This document shows positions 1 through 6,792 of a DNA stretch of 12,037 nucleotides, in pieces (the stretch's first letter is position 1; each line of letters starts with the position of its first letter). The position numbers and the translations under genes are program-made. Below the pieces are notes generated by a model. The model was not told where the DNA came from, searched no databases, and saw only the letters and a list, made by a program, of their open reading frames with translations. The stretch lies in NCBI GenBank assembly GCA_048882045.1, contig JBHLRZ010000057.1:1-12037 (forward strand). The letters are read 5' to 3'. This DNA comes from Candidatus Thorarchaeota archaeon. Lineage in GTDB: Archaea > Asgardarchaeota > Thorarchaeia > Thorarchaeales > Thorarchaeaceae.

Positions 1-453
1 GCTGCCAGAGATATTCTTTCAGTACTTCTCACTGAATACTATTGGTCTAGTGAAGCTCTTTCACCTGAAGAACTTGCGAGTATAACTGGTTATTCTCGTG
101 GCAGTATTAGTGTAGCTATTTCTCAATTACGATCTCTCGGATTCATTGAAACCCGAGTTGACACTAAGCAGGAAGGACGTGGGCGACGACCTACGCTTTA
201 TGCACTTAGTGAGGGTCTCTCTGGACTGATAATGTTCGGAATTAGAAGACTCGGTGTTGAATTAGAAGGTATCCTCAATGAAACTAATGCCATGCAGATA
301 TCAACTGATAGAGATGAAAAAATCGCAGTGGAAGCTCTAGCAAAACTCACGAGAGAAGCAAAACGAAATTCAGAGCAGCTCCGTGAATACACAAGAGTGA
401 TATTATCAACCAAGGTGTTAGAAGAATCTGGCCCTGGGCAAGAAAGTGACTGA
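1..453 (+). CDS. Winged-HTH transcriptional regulator (MarR/GbsR-like), 5'-truncated by the window edge
   Basis: Frame +1 is open from base 1 to TGA 451-453, so the 232..453 track ORF is only its C-terminal part. Translation: AARDILSVLLTEYYWSSEALSPEELASITGYSRGSISVAISQLRSLGFIETRVDTKQEGRGRRPTLYAL... It has an HTH (LSPEELASITGYSRGSISVAISQL), a GRGRR-x-x-LY wing and a helical C-terminus. Paralogous to 6792..7349. Confidence 0.85.
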   Translation, partial: AARDILSVLLTEYYWSSEALSPEELASITGYSRGSISVAISQLRSLGFIETRVDTKQEGRGRRPTLYALSEGLSGLIMFGIRRLGVELEGILNETNAMQISTDRDEKIAVEALAKLTREAKRNSEQLREYTRVILSTKVLEESGPGQESD

Positions 454-526
454 ATCTAGATAATTGCAATAGCTAAACTGCAGTATGGTTGTATAGAAGG
501 AATTAGGATGCTCAGGTGGGCTCTCG

Positions 527-1816
527 ATGTTGGATATGAACAGCAAAATACCTGAACGAATTCGAGAAGAGCTACGAACGAATCCAAAAGGTTTGACAAT
601 AACCGATATCGCAACACGAATACAAGTCAACCGAAATAGTACAGCAAGATATCTTGATGTGCTTCAAATCTCCGGACATGTTGAGATGCGAAAGGTTGGT
701 CCTGCGAAGCTATATTTCCTGTCACAAAGAGTCCCTCTTGAAGCGATGCTGAATCTCTCAGAGGATGGTATACTCACCTTTGATTCCGATTTGAAAGTGA
801 TTCGAGTAAATGACGCTTTTTCCAGAATCGTCTGTATTGAACCCGATGAATTGCTTGGTGCTAGATTAGACCAATTGGAATTGCCCGGATTAGAAAAGGA
901 AGGAATCACACCTCTGTTCATAGAGTCTCTAGCTGGAAAGCAAATAGATTTTGAAACAACCATGCAGAATCAAGGAAAAGCAAAGCATCTCGATGTAAAA
1001 CTGGTTCCAACTACTTTCGATGATGGAAGTTCAGGATCTACAATTTTACTCGAAGATAGCACAAGACGAAAACAGTCTGAAAAAGAAATTCAACGACAAC
1101 ATGCTTTTCTTAATCTTGTGATGGAATCAGTCGCTCATCCATTCTATGTGATTAATGTTAAGGATTTCACAATACAGATGGCAAATAAAGCAGCACGTTT
1201 GGGACTACTCACTCATGACTCTACTTGCTATGAACTCACCCATCGATCAAACAAACCTTGTTCAGGTGATATTCATCCATGTCCACTGAAGCAAGTTGTT
1301 GAAACCAAAAGACCCGCAATAGTAGAACATGTTCACCATCAGGTGAGTGGCAAAACAAGACATGTTGAAATCCATGCACATCCTATTTTTGATCATTCGC
1401 AAAACGTTGTACAAGTAATAGAATACAACCTGGATGTTACAGATAGAAAGCAGGTAGAAGCCGACCTGTCAGCATTACTAGACATGTTTCAGCTGATAGT
1501 TGATAACATTGAAGATGGGGTATTTGTAGTCCAGGCTGATCGAATTGTCTATTGTAATGCATCTCTTTCGAACGCGCTTGGTTATGAGGTACATGAAATA
1601 ACTGGAGTTGATCTATCTCAGTTAATAAAATCTGGTGATTGGGATCCTATCAAAAAAGTTGTTTCAGAAAGTAATCGGGATGGGAAACTATCAAGAATTC
1701 ATGAGCTCAGCATGATCACAAAGAAAAGCAATACCATTTCAATACGGGCAAGAATAACATTGTCCAACTATGCTGGTGCACCGGCTTGGATTTTTAATGT
1801 TCTTAAAAAAATCTAA
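527..1816 (+). CDS. One-component regulator: N-terminal wHTH plus three PAS domains, the middle one Cys-rich
   Basis: HTH GLTITDIATRIQVNRNSTARYLDVLQISGHVEMRKVGPAKLYF. PAS1 starts MLNLSEDGILTFD..VNDAF and ends EDSTRRK. PAS2 carries C-x10-C-x6-CP and ends DVTDRK. PAS3 starts IVDNIEDGVFVVQ..YCN. No kinase or receiver domain. AGGTG at 514-518 is an SD-like site. Confidence 0.88.
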   Translation: MLDMNSKIPERIREELRTNPKGLTITDIATRIQVNRNSTARYLDVLQISGHVEMRKVGPAKLYFLSQRVPLEAMLNLSEDGILTFDSDLKVIRVNDAFSRIVCIEPDELLGARLDQLELPGLEKEGITPLFIESLAGKQIDFETTMQNQGKAKHLDVKLVPTTFDDGSSGSTILLEDSTRRKQSEKEIQRQHAFLNLVMESVAHPFYVINVKDFTIQMANKAARLGLLTHDSTCYELTHRSNKPCSGDIHPCPLKQVVETKRPAIVEHVHHQVSGKTRHVEIHAHPIFDHSQNVVQVIEYNLDVTDRKQVEADLSALLDMFQLIVDNIEDGVFVVQADRIVYCNASLSNALGYEVHEITGVDLSQLIKSGDWDPIKKVVSESNRDGKLSRIHELSMITKKSNTISIRARITLSNYAGAPAWIFNVLKKI

Positions 1817-1993
1817 AATCATGATTTCATTTGAGAATGACAGTTTTCGTCTTGATTCACATACTAAATGACCTTTGCATTGCGAAACTGCTATGCGGAA
1901 CCGCGCTGCCACAATTTCTTTTTATTATTTAGAAAGTATATGATGTTTCAGATGGATGTTACACGACATCTAGCTCTTCAAGGTGACAAAACA

Positions 1994-2110
1994 ATGAGTG
2001 ATTGCAAACATGCGGGCGAAAGAAACGCAGCTGGTCAGATTTGGTGTAATAAGAAGAATATCTATGTGTCTGGAACAGAGAAGAACAGTTGTCCCGACTA
2101 TGAACGATGA
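1994..2110 (+). CDS. 38-aa three-Cys microprotein (copy 1), function unknown
   Basis: AGGTGA SD at 1981-1986 and ATG at 1994. MSDCKHAGERNAAGQIWCNKKNIYVSGTEKNSCPDYER. Its ungapped paralog at 2881-3000 is 24/37 identical, which supports both coding status and this start rather than 1868. Confidence 0.85.
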   Translation: MSDCKHAGERNAAGQIWCNKKNIYVSGTEKNSCPDYER

Positions 2111-2165
2111 ATCCTCTCTTGCAGGATTGGACTCAGCAGATCGGGCAATTAGAGTCATATAGCCT

Positions 2166-2213
2166 GGGACGCGGTTCCACTAAGGGGTCCGAGTCCCTTC
2201 TTTTCTATTCTTT
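2166..2213 (+). terminator. GC-rich hairpin followed by a T-rich tract; putative terminator or 3' structure
   Basis: GGGAC(2166-2170)/GTCCC(2193-2197) stem extended by CGG/CCG and TCC/GGG, immediately followed by TTCTTTTCTATTCTTT. Confidence 0.5.
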
Positions 2214-2294
2214 AGAATTTTGGACTACGTTATAATATACTTTATTCATGTATGTTATTCTAGTGAAATTATTCAATATAATCATAAGAGTCAA

Positions 2295-2325
2295 ATCTTT
2301 TAGATATATCAAAAAGATATATATG
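2295..2325 (+). promoter_or_regulatory. 24-bp near-perfect palindrome next to a BRE/TATA-like element upstream of the 2406 gene run
   Basis: ATCTTTTAGATATATCAAAAAGAT (2295-2318) is self-complementary except one pair. It overlaps AAAAAG-ATATATATG (purine run then TA box) in an AT-rich intergenic region, about 90 bp before ATG 2406. Confidence 0.45.
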
Positions 2326-2405
2326 TGAAAAAAGTATTCTGGCTCTAAGGGTATGGTTAATCCGAAAAAACAGCGGATGAACCCAGATCCCGGGAGATAT
2401 CAAAA

Positions 2406-2873
2406 ATGGATTACAAAGGTCTTTTAGACACTTCTAACGCAGTTGTCGTTGCTGTCGCAGAAGCAATGGTAAACATGGGTCTCGATATCCCACTCATCTG
2501 GACTCAGATGGCTAATGCTTTCCAAGGGAATGCAAAACCCATGTTAAGCCAATTGGGTCTGAATATCGATGGAAACGACGTGAAATCCGTTGTAGAATCT
2601 TTTGTTGCCGAGATTAAGAAGTCCGGTGCTGTTCAGCGATGCAATGTTGTGAGTCTGACAGACACAGAGCTCGTGATGGATATTGGCGAGTGCATTTTTG
2701 CGCCTGCGACAGCTATCATTCGGGGCGGCGATACGAACATGATTCCACCCTGCCCAATGATGGCTATTCTATATGCAGCTCTCAATGAAAAGACTGGCAC
2801 ACATTGCACTGTAACAAATTGTCAGTATAATCCGGACTTGAATGCTAGTGATTTCACAGTGGAACTGGGGTGA
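2406..2873 (+). CDS. V4R / MetOD1-like (HNOB/Bet3-fold superfamily) stand-alone ligand-binding protein
   Basis: 155 aa with a helical N-half, then ELVMDIGECIF...PPCPMMAILYAAL...G..CTVTNC.....SDFTVEL. This fits the strand-C-x-F ... C-helix ... C ... F-x-V pattern of V4R-like domains. Family assignment is by motif recognition only. Confidence 0.6.
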   Translation: MDYKGLLDTSNAVVVAVAEAMVNMGLDIPLIWTQMANAFQGNAKPMLSQLGLNIDGNDVKSVVESFVAEIKKSGAVQRCNVVSLTDTELVMDIGECIFAPATAIIRGGDTNMIPPCPMMAILYAALNEKTGTHCTVTNCQYNPDLNASDFTVELG

Positions 2874-2880
2874 AAATAGA

Positions 2881-3000
2881 ATGGGATCAGATTGCAAATT
2901 CGCAGGTGATACCAATTCCGCAGGTCAGGTCTGGTGTGATAAAAAAAAGATCTACGTCTCTGCAAAAGAGAAGGATAGCTGTGAATTTTATGAAAAATAG
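2881..3000 (+). CDS. 39-aa three-Cys microprotein (copy 2), not in the ORF track
   Basis: ATG 2881 to TAG 2998-3000: MGSDCKFAGDTNSAGQVWCDKKKIYVSAKEKDSCEFYEK. It fills the gap between 2873 and 3012 and has the same C-x13-C-x14-C spacing as 1994..2110. Confidence 0.88.
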   Translation: MGSDCKFAGDTNSAGQVWCDKKKIYVSAKEKDSCEFYEK

Positions 3001-3011
3001 AGGTGAAAGAA

Positions 3012-3374
3012 ATGAGTGCGAAAATAAAGAAACTTGAAGAAATTCTGAAGCAACTCGAGGCTGACAGTGAAGTCGATGGCTGTGCACTTGTTAGTGATAG
3101 GGGTCAGTTAATGGCTGCTGCACTACACAAGGATGTAGATGACAAGGCAGTATCTGCGATGGCAGCCGCACTTGTGTCAATTGGAAGTCGTGTGGGTTCT
3201 GCTCTTGCTTCCGGAGATCCAAAGAACATAGTGATTGAAGGAGATAAGAAGACAGTCATCGTTCGAAAAATATCGAGCGCCGCTATGATTGCCACCGCTC
3301 CAAAGGATGCAAAGATTGGCTTGATTGACTTCGAGATGGATAAAGCTGCAGCATCTGTTGATTCAACACTTTAG
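3012..3374 (+). CDS. Roadblock/LC7 domain protein (MglB-like)
   Basis: GAGGTGA SD at 3000-3006 favours ATG 3012. Typical pattern LEEILKQL..VDGCALVSDRGQLMAA..AVSAMAAALVSIG..IVIEGDKKTVIV..AKIGLIDFEM. Lies directly upstream of a small GTPase. Confidence 0.92.
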   Translation: MSAKIKKLEEILKQLEADSEVDGCALVSDRGQLMAAALHKDVDDKAVSAMAAALVSIGSRVGSALASGDPKNIVIEGDKKTVIVRKISSAAMIATAPKDAKIGLIDFEMDKAAASVDSTL

Positions 3375-3385
3375 CTTGCAGCATA

Positions 3386-4102
3386 TTGCCACGGTTTCAT
3401 GAGTTGGAAACAGAAGAACTAAGGAGATTGGATAACTTGTCTATACGAAAACTGAGGTCATATGACTACAAAGTCTATGTGACTGGACCCTTTCAGGCTG
3501 GAAAGACGACTCTTATTCACACACTCGATCCCAATGCTATGTCAATTGAACGTGACATGAAAGAGGAATATCGAGGTGAGAAGAGTACAACAACAACTGG
3601 GTTTGATCTTGGGCGAGTAATATGGGTCAGAAAAGAAGAATCTCACATGGGTCTAATTGTACCCAAATCAGAGTATGAAACTGAGATTGCGGAATATGAA
3701 GGCTGGATAGCCAAGGAGGTTGAGCTTCGAGGCGTACCAGGCCAACTGCACTTCAAATTTGTAAGAGACACTATGAGGTCCAACACGGATGGTGTTCTTA
3801 TGATTGTGGATTCTTCAGATCCAGGAATGATTGGCGATGCCTGCGCTATACTTGCAGAGACAAAAGGTGCATTTACTGGCACCCCGATTGTTTCTATTGC
3901 TAACAAACAAGACCGAGCTGACGCTGTCGCTCCAGAAGAGGTGGGTGTTTGGTTGGGCGTTTCAGATGTTATTGGGATGTCCGCCAAGAATCGTGAGTCA
4001 TCCAAGACTGCTTTAGTTCTTCTTTTGAGAATGGTTGAGGAAATTTGTCTAACGTCTTCAACAAAAGATGAAGTTGTGGGGGTAGTTCCACAAGCACAGT
4101 AA
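3386..4102 (+). CDS. MglA/CvnD-like small Ras-superfamily GTPase
   Basis: G1 GPFQAGKTT, G2 TTTTGFDLG, G3 GVPGQ (no Asp, as in the MglA family), G4 NKQD, G5 SAK. The TTG start is uncertain. Confidence 0.92.
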   Translation: MPRFHELETEELRRLDNLSIRKLRSYDYKVYVTGPFQAGKTTLIHTLDPNAMSIERDMKEEYRGEKSTTTTGFDLGRVIWVRKEESHMGLIVPKSEYETEIAEYEGWIAKEVELRGVPGQLHFKFVRDTMRSNTDGVLMIVDSSDPGMIGDACAILAETKGAFTGTPIVSIANKQDRADAVAPEEVGVWLGVSDVIGMSAKNRESSKTALVLLLRMVEEICLTSSTKDEVVGVVPQAQ

Positions 4103-4120
4103 TCTTGAGAGGTGTTAATA

Positions 4121-4918
4121 ATGGAGCATGATCAAGTCGATACAAAAAGTGAAACCGAACAACGTGAACTAATTCCTGATCAAACAGTATCTGAGAAACC
4201 AAAGAGAGTACGTAAACCTCAGACCAAAAAGGAAGTTCCGCAACTAAGCAAAGAATCGTCACATACATCTATTGATGATAACTTGCGAGAATCAACTCTT
4301 GATGTGATTACGCCCGATATATCAGAGATCCAAACTGACAATATTTCAGATTCGGGGAAACCACCTCAGCCGCCTGTTGTTGAGCAGACAAATCTAGAGA
4401 AAGAAAATACTTCAACCATCGATAATTCACATGATTCACACGAAAAGGCTGGAGTTGAGGAAACAACTACAGATGCAAATGAAATCGCTCCGATCCAACA
4501 GATTCGTGAACTCCTTACAGATTTTGAGATGCGAGTTTCAGTTTGGGGACTTACAGTCTTCACGGTTGATGGATATATTCTGGCTCATCGTCTGTTTTAT
4601 GATGGTATGCCTGAGAACTTGGAGATGATCGTTAGCAGTATGTCAGCAGGATTGATAACCATCTCTCAGGACTTCATCCGTCTTGTTGCATCTAATTCTT
4701 TGTTCAGACAAGTGTTGGTTGATGCAGATGATGATTCAGGAAATGTTGGTTTCTCTGTATTATTGAAGCAAATTGCAGAGAATGTTATGTTGACTTGTAT
4801 ATTCCCGAGTACAGCGAAGTTGGGTCTTGTTTCATTTGAAATTGAGAATCTTAGCAATGATATCAACGAGATTGTGAAACTCTGGGATGTCAAGCTTCAC
4901 GAGGATACTGTTACTTGA
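4121..4918 (+). CDS. Roadblock/LC7 domain protein with a long low-complexity N-terminal extension
   Basis: GAGGTG SD at 4109-4114 favours ATG 4121. About 125 aa rich in E/T/S/D/P/K precede IRELLTDF..VWGLTVFTVDGYILAH..VSSMSAGLITIS..AKLGLVSFEI, which parallels the first roadblock (AKIGLIDFEM). Confidence 0.85.
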   Translation: MEHDQVDTKSETEQRELIPDQTVSEKPKRVRKPQTKKEVPQLSKESSHTSIDDNLRESTLDVITPDISEIQTDNISDSGKPPQPPVVEQTNLEKENTSTIDNSHDSHEKAGVEETTTDANEIAPIQQIRELLTDFEMRVSVWGLTVFTVDGYILAHRLFYDGMPENLEMIVSSMSAGLITISQDFIRLVASNSLFRQVLVDADDDSGNVGFSVLLKQIAENVMLTCIFPSTAKLGLVSFEIENLSNDINEIVKLWDVKLHEDTVT

Positions 4919-4931
4919 AGGAGGTAAGAAA

Positions 4932-5351
4932 TTGAGAGAAGGAAAAACTGACAAACTAGATAGAATAATGGAAAGCTTAGTGGGTCCCAATCAGAATTTC
5001 ACAAGTTGTGTAGTAACGAATGAGAGGGGTCTTGTTGTTGCTGGAGAATCAATCGAAGGTTTTTCCAGCCAGATATTAGCTGCGATGATCTCTCTCATGT
5101 CAGATACTGCAATTCGTGTGAGTGAGAATCTCGGATATGGACATCCAAAGACCTCATCTATCAAAGGATATGGTGTACTAATTTCAATTCAAGAGTTCAT
5201 GGTGCGAGATAGATGGTTTCGGATAGGGGCTGTTTTGTCCGAAAATACAGAGAGCAGAATGCGTTTCTTCAGGAGAGGTTTCAATCCCGAAAATATCGAA
5301 TCAAGATTAGCAGGAGCCGCAAAGAAACTTCGTTCTATTCTCGAAGATTGA
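4932..5351 (+). CDS. Divergent roadblock/LC7 domain protein
   Basis: GGAGGT SD at 4920-4925 favours TTG 4932, in frame with the 4887 track ORF. Motifs LDRIMESL..FTSCVVTNERGLVVAG..ILAAMISLMSDTAIRVSENLGYG. Confidence 0.82.
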   Translation: MREGKTDKLDRIMESLVGPNQNFTSCVVTNERGLVVAGESIEGFSSQILAAMISLMSDTAIRVSENLGYGHPKTSSIKGYGVLISIQEFMVRDRWFRIGAVLSENTESRMRFFRRGFNPENIESRLAGAAKKLRSILED

Positions 5352-5397
5352 ATTTCCGATGTACAGGATTATTCATTATATGCTGCGGAGGAATGAT

Positions 5398-6792
5398 ATG
5401 ATGGGTGTTAGAAAAGAATTCTATTGGATATATGAAGAATACATCGAATCTAAACAGGACTCGATTTATTGTAACGAGGACCAGACTACATACTCTTGCC
5501 TTGACTGCATATCTCGCTTTATGTTGAAGATGAACCATAAACATCGTGATATTTCAATTGAGGAATTCGTGGAAATTACAGGACTTGATTTCATTAACAA
5601 AGATTCTTTTCAAAAGAATGAAGAACTAACTCTGATTAATATCGACAAGATTTACTTCTTTGATAATGATTCGAATCGATATAACATAACATCAAATGCA
5701 CCAGAAGAAGAAAGGTCACCTGTGTCTAGAATAGAGAAAGCAGAACCATCTGTAGATTTTCTGATTCGTATTCTAGATTCCTTTACTTATCCCTTTTACA
5801 TCATTGATGTAAGTGATTACAAAATTAAGATGGCAAATCGTGCTGCGATGATTGATCAGCTAGATGAAACTAGTACATGTCATTCGATAATTCACAAGAG
5901 TCCTGTTCCGTGTTGGGAGAAAGGTCAAGATTGTCCTCTAATTTACATCAAGAAGACAAAAAAACCTGTTATTCTCGAACACGTACATTTCGATGAAAAT
6001 AGAGACCTTAGAGTCATAGAGGTTCATGGATACCCTGTTCTTGACTCCTCTGGAGAAGTAGTTCAAATCATAAAATATGGTTTCGATGTGACAGATCAGA
6101 AATGGGTTGAAGGTCAACTTGCGAAAGAGTCTAGAAGAGCACGATTATACCTTGACCTATTGGCACATGACATGGCGAATGAATTACAGGTTATTCAGGG
6201 GAGCGCTGAACTTGCTAAAGAAATATTGCTGATTAAAGAAGAATCAGAGATGATACCACGTTTTGTGCATCAGATAGTTGAATCTGTAAACCGATGCATG
6301 ACATTCATTGCTAAAGCCAGATCAACTGAAAACCTTGCATTTGTTCCTCTCGTTGAAAGATCGCTGACTCGAGCACTTTTGGAGTGTGTTGAAACAATAG
6401 GTGAGAAATATACAGATTGTGTATTTATTATTGAGTGTGAGGATTCAGAAGCCGCAGTCATGGCGGACAAATATCTTGAGAATCTTCTCACTAATATTCT
6501 TTCAAATGCGGTAAAGCACAATCCCTCAAAGCAGAGAAGTATCTGGGTGCGACTTTGTCCATCGAATGATGGATATGATATTTCAATTTCTGATAACGGA
6601 CCAGGCATTGAGGACGTGATGAAAGAAATCCTCTTTGATCCTAAACATAGGTTTGGGGGTCTCGGAATTCACTTTTCTTTGCAAATTGTCGAGAAATACG
6701 GGGGGAAAATTACTGTACGTGATCGAGTTCACGGAAAACCGAACGAGGGTGTTGAGTTTGTAATATGGTTACCAAAGATCAGGAGTAGTTAG
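5398..6792 (+). CDS. Soluble PAS-domain sensor histidine kinase
   Basis: H box LYLDLLAHDMANELQVIQG, N box NLLTNILSNAVKHN, G1 ISDNGPGI, F LFDP, G2 GGLGIHFS. It has a Cys-rich PAS domain and no hydrophobic TM segment. GGAGG at 5387-5391 favours ATG 5398 or 5401 over 5359. Confidence 0.93.
   Translation: MMGVRKEFYWIYEEYIESKQDSIYCNEDQTTYSCLDCISRFMLKMNHKHRDISIEEFVEITGLDFINKDSFQKNEELTLINIDKIYFFDNDSNRYNITSNAPEEERSPVSRIEKAEPSVDFLIRILDSFTYPFYIIDVSDYKIKMANRAAMIDQLDETSTCHSIIHKSPVPCWEKGQDCPLIYIKKTKKPVILEHVHFDENRDLRVIEVHGYPVLDSSGEVVQIIKYGFDVTDQKWVEGQLAKESRRARLYLDLLAHDMANELQVIQGSAELAKEILLIKEESEMIPRFVHQIVESVNRCMTFIAKARSTENLAFVPLVERSLTRALLECVETIGEKYTDCVFIIECEDSEAAVMADKYLENLLTNILSNAVKHNPSKQRSIWVRLCPSNDGYDISISDNGPGIEDVMKEILFDPKHRFGGLGIHFSLQIVEKYGGKITVRDRVHGKPNEGVEFVIWLPKIRSS

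Noticed and set aside
1816-1840. Short palindromes AAATCATGATTT and TCATT-N4-AATGA after the wHTH-PAS gene
   Set aside because: Short and AT-rich, with no convincing second copy in the other intergenic regions.
1868-1993. N-terminal 42 codons of the 80-aa track ORF 1868..2110
   Set aside because: The SD at 1981 and the paralog at 2881 place the real start at 1994. The upstream part is AT-rich promoter-like sequence.
2108-2152. Selenocysteine read-through of the microprotein TGA (would give U-I-L-S-C), with an ATGA-started hairpin as SECIS
   Set aside because: The paralog ends with TAG at the same position, and the stem is only 5-6 bp, too short for a SECIS helix.
3386-4102. Calling the GTPase a true Rag, Arf or Rab ortholog, or assigning mglA/mglB symbols
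   Set aside because: G3 lacks the DxxG Asp, there is no fused C-terminal roadblock as in Rag, and orthology cannot be set without a phylogeny.
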